From NCBI GenBank assembly GCA_000165425.1, contig CT867987.1, positions 124,001 through 188,000 on the forward strand: a DNA stretch of 64,000 nucleotides. Reading direction: 5' to 3'. Shown piece after piece: positions 13,116-23,345 of the stretch; within the stretch, counting starts at the first letter, position 1, and each line of letters starts with the position of its first letter. A model generated the notes under the pieces. That model was not told the DNA's origin and made no database searches. It worked only from the letters and a program-made list of their open reading frames with translations. The translations under genes and the position numbers were made by a program. The stretch is from Paramecium tetraurelia (taxonomy: Eukaryota).

Positions 13116-14455
13116 TCATTCCTAATATTCAAAATGCTCGTCTTAATATGTGTCCAAAGTATCTTGATATAAAAATATTGTATCATCAAGCCTAGATTAA
13201 GCTCCCACAAATTCTGATTCCTCAATTCCTTCTTGAATATATTTATGGACGTAAGATTTTTTAGGGTACATTTTCTTAAATTTCTCACTTAAACTCTTCA
13301 GGGATTAAGTTATGCTAGAAGAATGAATAATGGAACTTCCAAAAAATTCATAATTTTAATATTTTTTCTAACATATATTGGTAAAAAACATGTTTATTCC
13401 TTCGAATTTCTTTTTAACCCCTGTTCTATATCTCTGGTGTTCTAGATAATAGTCGAAACAAGAGCATTATTTATCAAATTCCTTATTTGATACTTTTCCC
13501 CTTACGCTAAGCGCAGCTGACACAAATTTTCCTTAGGTATATACAGCGCTAGTTTGGTTGTGATCTGATGATATTAATTCCTTAAAAATTTAATATTCAT
13601 CCATCTTTAAGTATTCCTTGTAGTAATCGCTGTATAGATTATTAGTCATGTTACAAGTAAATAATTTATAAAATGCAAAAGGGCTCAAATTTGTTGAAAG
13701 TTTTCTCAAACTTGAATTAATATCCCCAGGATTTCTGAATGGTGATGAATTACAACATATTGTTTAAGCAACATGAAGATTTGCATCTTAATAATCAAAT
13801 TATATGCCTAATCTACTAAGGTTTTATTTTAATCCTTCATTATCAAAAAATATTAATTGCTCAGCCGAATCTATCAATTAATTAAATGCTAAAGCAGAAT
13901 TATAAGGTGAAACCACACAATTGTCGTTTAATTTTACTGAAGGAACTAATAAGTTACATTAAGTAATGGCATTTGAATATTCATCATTTAGCATTTGAGA
14001 TAAAACTGCTGATAAACCAGATCCAGTATTATTAAAACAGTGATACCACCAATTATGGATGCAAAAATTTAGAATCCTTACAATGAATCACATTATTCTA
14101 TCTCTTATCTTATCCTATCAAAAATAATGTCAACAATTTAATTGCAGCAATTGTTTTTTACAAATCCAAAATTATTGCCAGATGAATAATTAAATGAGAA
14201 CTGATTACATGGATTAAAATCTGTATTTGAGTAGGGTAAATCTTATCCTAAATCGACTTATACAGTTCGAGGAAGTGGTGTCTTCTCACTTAAATTATAA
14301 AACAAGATATTAGAAGAATTAAGCAAATTATTTTTATTTTGTTCTTGTAAATCAATATCACTTTCAAATTCACTATCTATATACATTTCTTCCCAAAATT
14401 TAACTCCCATTTTATTACCAAAGCCTCCTAATTGCAATACTAAAATTTCCCTCAT
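13116..14455 (-). CDS. Highly divergent beta-like tubulin; signature motif interrupted by a 17-bp insertion (possible pseudogene)
   Basis: MREILVLQLGGFGN, PRTVQVDL, SGNNFG, EQCDSLQGFQI, VVSPYNSAL, PGDINSSLRKLSTNL, YVHKYIQEGIEESEF. Frame break at 14027-14045. Confidence 0.85.
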
Positions 14456-14835
14456 GGTTTATATATATTTTAATAATTGCTAAATTAAGAGAAAAGTAAA
14501 TTATTATTTTATCATTACTTAAATTTATGTACTAACAACTCTAAATAAATGTCCTACATCAAATTCCAAAATATACCTATACTTGAATAGATTTCATATT
14601 TTTCAAAATTAATTGGCCGTTAAGAATGAAAAATATTTTGTCTATGACAATGAGCAATTTTGAATTTCAGGATTGAAAAAAATACAAAAACAAAGTTAAA
14701 TCTTTTTAAAAGATCAGCCAAAGAAAACATGATCTCATTGACTTTGCCAATTTTGAAAAAAAAATTCAATTAAAAAAAAATAAATTTTGATTTTAAATTT
14801 ACTGTTAGAAAATCTTATAATCAAATGTTATTGAT

Positions 14836-15804
14836 TCAATTTCTTCCTCTGAAATGTAAATTTTATTTCTTGTGAGCTCTTTTTTCCTTTCTATTTTCAT
14901 CACCATTGTCACCGTTATCTCCATTATCTCCGTTGTCTCCGTTGTCTCCGTTATCTCCGTTATCTCCGTTGTCGCCTTCACCTTCACCTTAGCCTTCATC
15001 TTCTCCTTAGCCGTCATCTTCTCCTTAGCCGTCATCTTCTCCTTAGCCTTCATCTTCTCCTTAGCCTTCATCTTCTCCTTAGCTTTCACCTTCTCCTTCA
15101 CCTTCGCCTTCATCTTCTCCTTCACCTTAGCCTTCATCTTCTCCTTAGCTTTCACCTTCTCCTTAGCCTTCATCTTCTCCTTAGCTTTCACCTTCTCCTT
15201 CACCTTCGCCTTCATCTTCTCCTTAGCCTTCATCTTCTCCTTAGCTTTCACCTTCGCCTTCACCTTCGCCTTCGCCTTCGCCTTCGCCTTCGCCTTCGCC
15301 TTCGCCTTCGCCTTCGCCTTCGCCTTCGCCTTCGCCTTCGCCTTCGCCTTCACCTTCGCCTTCACCTTCGCCTTCACCTTCGCCTTCGTCTTCACCTTCA
15401 CCTTCGCCTTCGCTTTCTCCTTCACCTTAGCTTTCACCTTCGCTTTCTCCTTGGCCTTCTCCTTCGCTTCCTTCTTCACTTCCTTCTTCACTTCCTTCTC
15501 CTTCACTTCCTTCTCCTTCGCTTCCTTCTTCACTTCCTTCTCCTTCACTTCCTTCACTCTATTCTCCTTCTTCACCATTTTCCTCTCCATCACTTGACCA
15601 TTTATCCACTCCATCATCCTCTCCAGTGGGCCAATCATCTTATGGTTAACTGCTGTCTTCTCCGCCTTATGAATCTTCTCCGTTTGAGCTTTATGGTTAT
15701 TCATCTTCACCATTTTATCCTGATCCATTTCCTTCATCTTGTTTATGGAATCTTCTTGCAGAGATACATAATAACAATAGAGTAATCAATAAAAATTTAT
15801 TCAT
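14836..15804 (-). CDS. Secreted Glu/Gly/Asp-rich low-complexity protein, 322 aa
   Basis: MNKFLLITLLLLCISA signal, then EGS/(EG)n/EGQGED/(DNG)n repeats and basic tail RKEKRAHKKQNLHFRGRN*. 969 nt, intronless in code 6. Confidence 0.85.
14905..15560. repeat. Nested coding repeats: 9-bp (CTCCGTTRT), 18-bp (CCTTAGCCTTCATCTTCT) and (TTCGCC)n hexamer run at ~15265-15350
   Basis: Directly visible. They encode DNG, EGQGED and EG repeats on the minus strand. Confidence 0.9.
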
Positions 15805-16048
15805 TTTAATATTATTTATTTATTAATTATACTTATACTGTTATAAATTGTCAGGTTTACATAACAACAGCTGTTAATATTTTTATAAACTGAATTAATT
15901 TTGCATCCAATATTTAAATAAATTTCTTCGTTATTAAAGAGGTAAGAGTCAAAAATAATATTGTACAGTATTTAGATAATGATATCAAATCAGAAATCCT
16001 TAAAAATAATTATGTATAAAATCTTCAGTTAATTAATCATTAATAATT

Positions 16049-16415
16049 TCAAATGTTTTTATTAATCCTAGATAATATAAATACAAGGTCTTATTAGCAA
16101 TAAATTTCCATACAATTGATATATGCCCTGGCTTTGATATTTGATTTTATGCATTAATAATACTAATATGAGTTTAATATTTATTTTTAGTACTTATTTT
16201 TTGTAATTTTAAGAGTCATTTGGGTAATATTTAGAGAAACAATTATGCTATGTCTTCATACAAGATGCATCAGAAAAGCATGAGTCAGCATAATTCTAAC
16301 AGAACTTTTGTTAACATTTTTCATATGAATTTATAGGATCCTCTTCATATTTGTTGTAATATATTCTTTTCTGAAAGCTGAGCGTAATGCATATTATAAA
16401 AAATAACTAATACAT
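16049..16415 (-). CDS. Small secreted cysteine-rich protein (~110 aa)
   Basis: MYQLFFIICITLSFQ...CQQKFCQNYADSCFSDASCMKTQHNC...QCIKSNIKARAYINCMEIYC...NKNI*, with one ~31-nt GTA..TAG intron. Confidence 0.65.
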
Positions 16416-16593
16416 TATAAATTAATTAATATAGCGATTATATATTCAATTATTCATATTTAAAGTTTGTATTTCTCGTAAGTTCCCATCCTAAGTATTA
16501 TAAATAATGCGATTCTCATCTTGAAAATAAATTTCTAATAATAAATATATAATAACAGCAAACTAACTAACATTAATATTATTAATAAATACT

Positions 16594-17508
16594 ATGTTCA
16601 ATTCAGCCTAAAAAAGAGCCCCACCTTAACTCTTAGTAACTCCAAGATATAGAACTACTCAATCCGAATACAATAATCCGAATTCAGAGAGGTTATTTGA
16701 AAAGGCTAAAGAAAACTCATTCAATTAACTGAAAGTTCTTCAATAGATTGGTTATGGGAAATTCAGTAAAGTGATGCTAGCTATGTAATAAATTGATAAT
16801 ATAGTAGGTTAAATGGAGAAAAATTTGCATTGAAGATAATAAATAAAGGTTGCACAATCAAGACTCAGACCTAATAGCACTTATAAAGAGAAATCCAAAT
16901 AATGAAGTAGCTCAATCATCCGAATATTGTTAAATTATTTAAAGAGTTTTCAGACGAGAAGAATGTTTACTTGCTCTTAGAATATTGCAATTAAGGTTCA
17001 CTTTTTAATTAAAAATTTGATTAAACGCAAATAAAACAAATTATTAAGGAAGTTCTACTCGCATTAAAATATCTGCACAGTCAAGGAATTATGCATAGAG
17101 ATATTAAGCCAGAAAATATCTACTTACATAACAATCATGTAAAATTAGGAGATTTTGGGATTGCCTAGTACATAAAGAAGCAGAGTAAATCCTTCTGCGG
17201 AACCTTAGATTATATGGCACCAGAAGTTATAAATTAGAATTGTAATTCATTTGTTTAATTTAGTTTATGATAATCGCATAGATATTTGGTCTGTTGGGAT
17301 TTTGACATACGAATTAAGTAATCTTGAGCCTCCAATCAAAGATAGAGATTAAAAGCTATAAATGAGACGAATAATTTCAGAGGAAGTATAATATCCGAGA
17401 CATTTTGACCAGAAACTTAAAAATTTTATATCTAAATGTTTGAAAAAAAGGAGTGATGAGAGAGCAACAATAGATGAGTTGTTAAATGATGAATATATTC
17501 ATTCTTGA
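16594..17508 (+). CDS. Aurora-like Ser/Thr kinase
   Basis: [43 protein letters not shown]. Two tiny introns. Confidence 0.85.
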
Positions 17509-17646
17509 GTTTTTACTTGTAATATAGAATATAGTATAACGACATATTTATAAAATGATAGAATTTTCATAATAAAATTAAGTTTGTGTAAAAAAGAATT
17601 ATGATTTTGATAATAAAATTAATTCATTCACTAATTTAGAATAAAT

Positions 17647-18489
17647 ATGTCTAACTTCAATAGTCTGAGTTCCATTGTAGAAGATGATAATGAATAAGAA
17701 TCTTTTACATTTAAAAGTAATAAATCCGATTTTTCTGAAAATAATAGCCTTTCTTTTGAAAATGAAAATGCCAACTTCGACAAGTATATTTATAGATCAT
17801 TTTTTTTTAGTTAATTTTACAAAATAAAAGATTCATTTGAAATTATAAAAGATCTTATACAATAAGATAAGAAGAGATAATACTAACAAAAGAAAAAACA
17901 GGAAAAATAATAAATGTTTTAGAATCAATTGCCAGTATTTAATCAACAAATGATTTAAAAGGATTCTCAATAAAATAATCAATAAATGCAAATTTAAAAA
18001 ACTAAACATTAATAAAAATAACATAGGAGAAGTCACTCGGATAAAATTAAAGATTTCAAAGAATAAATGTTAAATTTAAATGGCAAATAAGTTAATGAAA
18101 ATCATTAAGATCATGAACTAGAGCATATTCTCGATAAGTTACACCAAGTGGAAACTTGCGAATATTGTAAAATTAAAATAGAAAGACACATTTTAAAAGC
18201 TCATGAAGAGTAATGTGTTTATAAAGAAACAAATTTTGATGAAATTCAGTGTCCTTATTGCGGTGATAGTATTGTCAGAGCCTTTATTAATGACCATTTC
18301 GAAGAGTGTCTTATGTATATAGAGGATAAATTTGAAAAATTAGCAGGAATTCAGGAATGCAGTATATGCATGAATGAAATAGTTGGGAATAAAAAAACAC
18401 TTAAATGCAAACATTACTTTCATTCAGATTGTATTTAAGATTGGCTTGAAAGAAAAAATGTATGCCCAGTTTGCAGAATCTAGATCTGA
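17647..18489 (+). CDS. RING-H2 E3 ligase with two C2HC-type zinc fingers
   Basis: CSICMNE...CKHYFHSDCIQDWL...CPVCR, with upstream CEYC..H...C and CPYC..H...C. Confidence 0.85.
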
Positions 18490-18844
18490 AACTGAATTCT
18501 ATTGAATTATAGTAAATTTTTTATAAAATCTATTACCCTTACTATTTATAAATTTCAAGATTAACTAGGTATCCTACATTAAGCTCTTAAAATATATCTA
18601 GATATAATAATATTTTTAATAACTCCTCCAAATAGTTGGAATAAAATATAAAAAAGTTTAGATTAATATAATAATTTTTGTAACTTGTTTTTAATTAAAC
18701 AATATGAAAAATACGTTAAACTGATTAAAAATGAGAGTTTGACATAGCCTATGACAATTTAGATTATTTTAAAGATTCTTTGAAAAAGTTTGTATAACAA
18801 TTAATTAACAAATATATGTATAAATATATATTAAAATAAATTTA

Positions 18845-19143
18845 ATGAATAGTGAAAATTATAAGACTGAAATACATAATATGATTGAAAACGGAAAGGA
18901 TCCAAAAGACATGGTTATTTAAATGTGTCGTCCATAATGCAAATGGTATGATGATAAATACGACAGATGTGTAAAGGCATTCCTTTCCTTGAAAAATGCT
19001 GATCCTGAAAAGAATTGCGTATTATTTTTACTTATAGTAAGATGTATCCTTATAGAGACTTGGTGACTTGTGTTGAAGCTTGCGTTTAGCCAAAAATCTA
19101 GCATGCTTTAAGAGGAAATGAACATGGTTCAATATTTGCATGA
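18845..19143 (+). CDS. QCR6: Cytochrome bc1 complex hinge subunit (QCR6/UQCRH-like)
   Basis: DPKDMVIQMCRPQCKWYDDKYDRCV...NCMYPYRDLVTCVEACVQPKI matches the hinge-protein Cys pattern. One 23-nt intron. Confidence 0.8.
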
Positions 19144-19936
19144 ATTATATATAATGTTAAATATAATTATCAATAAAATAAGAATAAGCAGAAAATAAAG
19201 TAGATATTAACATTTTAAATTGATTAAAATTTACCTATTTCTCATTTCTTAAAAAAGAGAATTTCTTATAATATTTGAATTCTTGATTGAGTAGTAAAGT
19301 GTAATTAATTTTATTAATGACAAAGCTTTTCAAATAATCTTAAGAAATGACTATTACATGAGCGATAAGCTTAGAAGTAGAATTTGAGAATGTAATCTCT
19401 TGAAACATTCCTGAATGTTAAATATCTAGATATTACAAAGGTAATTAGTATAAAAATAACAATTATATTGAATTCTACTATGTATTCTCATAAGTTTAAA
19501 TAAGTAATTTGCCTTTTGCAATTTTGTCATTTTTGATAAGCGTAGAAAATGGACGATTTATTTTTTGAACTGAAATTAATTATATAAGATTGCTTATTCT
19601 TAAAATTCTTGAATCTGACTTTAGTAATTTATTTGGATAAGTTATGAAATTGAAATGAGACACTAATAATCTTGTTTAAAGGAGATCTTATAATATTAAT
19701 ATCCTCTTTTTCATTTGATTTTGTGTATAATTTTTTGGTTTATATCTTAAATAAGAATAAGCCACTACATCAAATGGATATCATCCTTGGAGAATGATGG
19801 AACTTCTGAATTATAATATTGGAGACTGATTTTTATAAGAATTTCAGAAAAAGATGTTAACAAAGTTGTATATCATACTGCTAGTGAAAATAATTTGACT
19901 CGTTTATATTTATTCTAATTTGAAATTTATTAAAAT

Positions 19937-20501
19937 TCATTTCTTTTGTTTCTTTCGTAAGTGCATGCTGCTCTGTTTTTTCTTTTATTTACTCTTTTTG
20001 TCATTTCCTTGAGTGCCTTGCATTTGCTCTCTCTACTATTGTTTAACTATGACACTTTGCACATTCCCGTTTTCATCTACTCCCTACTCTAGCTTGAGAA
20101 ATTCTTCCTCTCCCATATCATGTACTTAAAAATTGTTAGGATTACTCTTCTCTTGATTTTAATCAGGTTCATCGACATCGTAGTATTCATATACACTAAT
20201 CACTTCCTCAAAACAGTCCTCTGGGATATCATAATTATCAATCATCCTTCCTAAATCTAACTAGTGTCCTAAACTCAGCTCATCAGGATATGCATCATAT
20301 TCGTATATGGCATCTTCATATTCTTAAGATATTTCTAAATTTTGGATATTTCTTTAATACCTTCAAACCATCTATCCTCACCATCTATGACCTTTTTGAT
20401 GATTTTGGACTCAATACTTAATAGAAGATATATGTACTTTGACTGATTGAGCAGTTCACAAAAATAACACAAAAAAGATAAACAACTAAAACGAATTTCA
20501 T
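19937..20501 (-). CDS. Secreted acidic protein with basic C-terminus
   Basis: MKFVLVVYLFCVIFVNC signal, E/D-rich body, ends KKQSSMHLRKKQKK*. One intron. Confidence 0.7.
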
Positions 20502-20518
20502 AATATAATTATTGTTAA

Positions 20519-21224
20519 ATGTAAGAAAACTTAATTCAAATTGACTTCTCATAAATAGAAAGTTTGGATCCCTGTATACAAGGAGGATATAAGATAATTT
20601 TCAATCAAGAGATCCCTTTTATGATTAAATTTCCAGACTAAGAAGATCAGAGTATTATTGAAATAATCAGAGTCAGAATCATGATTTTGGTATGAAAATT
20701 TTAAATTATCATAATAGGGAAATGGAAAAGATTTATAACAATTAACTTTAGAGTTATCAAGCGAAAATGATTTATTTTTCTATTATTTTCACACAGTCGA
20801 TAAAGACAATTTTCAAGTTGTCAAAACTAATTAAAAACTCAACACAGATTTCTTTGGGTATCCAGAAGTATGCGTTAAAACATTCAGGAGATGTTTATTG
20901 GAAAAATAGCAGTAATAAATGTAATATATGTGGCAGATTTGCTCCTGTGTTGTACATTTAACAAAATGCAAGAGCTTAAGTGAGTATTGTTTAAACATTG
21001 GAGTATAAAGATTTGACTTTGATCACATTTGAAATGATTGCTGGGGATGAAGAAATCATAAAATAGCATATCTACTACAAGCATGGTGCAGTAAAATCTA
21101 AGTTTTAGATATTAAATGCAAAAATAAAAGATGTAATTATATTTTGTGATTTCAGATACATGAATTAGTCAAAGTAAAGAATCCATAGTTGTTGCTTCAT
21201 TTATAAAAATACCTTCCTAATTGA
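20519..21224 (+). CDS. SAS-6-like protein (SAS-6 head domain, no long coiled coil)
   Basis: LELSSENDLFFYY, QKLNTDFFGYP, QTLEYKDLTLITFEM, LVKVKNPQLLL. Three tiny introns. Confidence 0.75.
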
Positions 21225-21331
21225 TGATTAAATATTATTTACAAATTTTTAATTGATATTTCTATAGTAAAATATTGATTTATTGATATGATTTATATAA
21301 TATTATTATTTATAAATGAAAGTACAACAAA

Positions 21332-23103
21332 TCATTTTGGTAAATAATCAGGGAATAAGTCTTAAACTAAATGCAAAGGATCTTAATAGTTTGTGTAGGA
21401 ATTCATCTTCAATAATTATGAATTTAGCTCTCTAACATCAGTGACCATCCTAAATTTCATTAAATAATTTTGTAAATATAATAATTCCTAAGTTTGAATA
21501 ATTTTATTACTTAATCTTATTTATTATCATAGAATGCAATAATTGGTACTCCATTATCGATTTATTACCCAAATGAGTAACTAGCATTATCAATCAAAAG
21601 AATATTAGATAATTTTCTGTTGCCTAAGACCCTAGGGATATAGAACTGAAATACCTTAAATCCTTAACATATGCTCCTTCCTCAGTTTGTAAACAATGAT
21701 CCCTAAACAGACGATGGCTGATCCATTGTTTTTTTGGGTCCAAGTAATCTAAAACTATATTAGCATAGCATGAATGAGAAGCTGTAAATACGATGATTTC
21801 AAAATGTCGAGATAAAGTTTAAAGAATTTGCTAAGCAAATGGCCTGATATTGATAGATGCTTAGATAGTCTCTCCAGTGGGGAAAGAGATGGGTAACACA
21901 ATATCTCCAGGGACAGCAATACTTTCATTGCAATGAATAAGAGTTTCATCCAAATCAAAAACCAATGTTTTGAAATGATTAGATTTTGGTAGATTCACAA
22001 TTTTGTCTTCTTGAAATTGCAATTGTAAATTTCTAGCATACTCTAAACCCTGATTTATAATGATAAGAGCATACCTAGATAGTTTGCACAATGTGATCTC
22101 TGACTACTTCATCGTTTTTGTTACTTTATTCTTAGACTAAGGCTCTCATTACACTGGAAATATAATATAGGAACTATTTTCAGATTAAATGTGTACATTC
22201 TCATCCTTTTTTGGCTTCTATGATGAATATGACTTCTCATTAATGACTGTTTTGATAATTGGAACGGCTGTTTAACTAATTTCTAGAGACTAGTGTCTGC
22301 TAATTTAGGATTATTATTGTGGTTATTGTGGTTGAGTTGGTTTTTTTATTTGCTTTACTTATGTAACGAATTGATCAAGATTGAGACTTGATTATTTCTC
22401 TTTACCAATTTGACTTTGCTTTAAAGCCTTGTTGAGTTATAGATTCAGAGCAGTTGCACATTTGGTTAAATTCTTTTGGAGTGCTTGCTTCTTTGGGTTC
22501 ATTATTTTCTTAGTCTTTTTTTTAAAAGAACTTAGCAGCCAAACCTACTGGCTTTTGCTTTCCTCTTTCTGATTATTTCTGTAATTAGGAATTGCTTATT
22601 TCTATATTGGATTTAATTTTATTGATCTTGTTTTCCAAAAACAACAATTTCTCGTGTAATTTTTTATATTCTGATTAATCAATTTATTTGTTTGCCAACT
22701 GTTAATTAGATTAAGATTTCACTAGACAATTATCTGGAACCTATTTTAATGAATAATATCTTGATTAAGGAGTGGCTTATTATGGTTGAATGTAGGTTGA
22801 GTTCTTTAATTCCTTGAATGAGCATCTGGATGGTTGTTTCTGGTTAGAAAATGCCCTTTTATCATTGGAAGCTGAGGATGGTCTTGGCACTGCCTATACT
22901 GATGGTTGTCTGGGTTGGGAGGAATTGGGACGCATTTCTGGTTTTTGGAGGGTCTAAGTGGATTGATATTGAGGGTAAGCTTATATTGGTTTTCGTTTTT
23001 GCAATTATGCATATGAGTTCTCCTTATCAGGTGTCTATTTGAAAGACTAACGAAAGGAGTCTTAAACTACAGGTCTTTGAACATATTGTGGTACTCGTTG
23101 CAT
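21332..23103 (-). CDS. FCP/SCP (NIF-domain) HAD phosphatase
   Basis: KTLVFDLDETLIHC catalytic motif, FTASHSCYA, IDN motif. Long Q/P-rich N-terminus. Confidence 0.9.
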
Positions 23104-23345
23104 TCAGTTTAAATTTGTTAAATTAAAAAAAGTCTGTTTAATTTAATATAATCACTCAATATTTTCTTTTTGTAGTATTTCGGCATTGCAAATTTCTGGG
23201 TATTATGTATTATTAAGAAGTTCAAAATTGGGATTAAAAATTTATTTTATGTAGTCCACGTATTAATAATTCTAATAGTGAAATTATCTAGTGAAGATTA
23301 AATGTGTTCTTTAAATGACATTTATATTTTTTATTAATAATTAAA

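Noticed and set aside
14805..15737. 310-aa K/A-rich ORF (histone H1-like appearance) and 241-aa F/A-rich plus-strand ORF
   Set aside because: These are shadow frames of the repeat. The frame with a signal peptide and TGA stop is the E/G-rich one (14836-15804).
19150..19930. Long spacer with weak coding-like texture
   Set aside because: I found no convincing ATG-to-TGA frame or domain. It may be a gene remnant, but I cannot support that.
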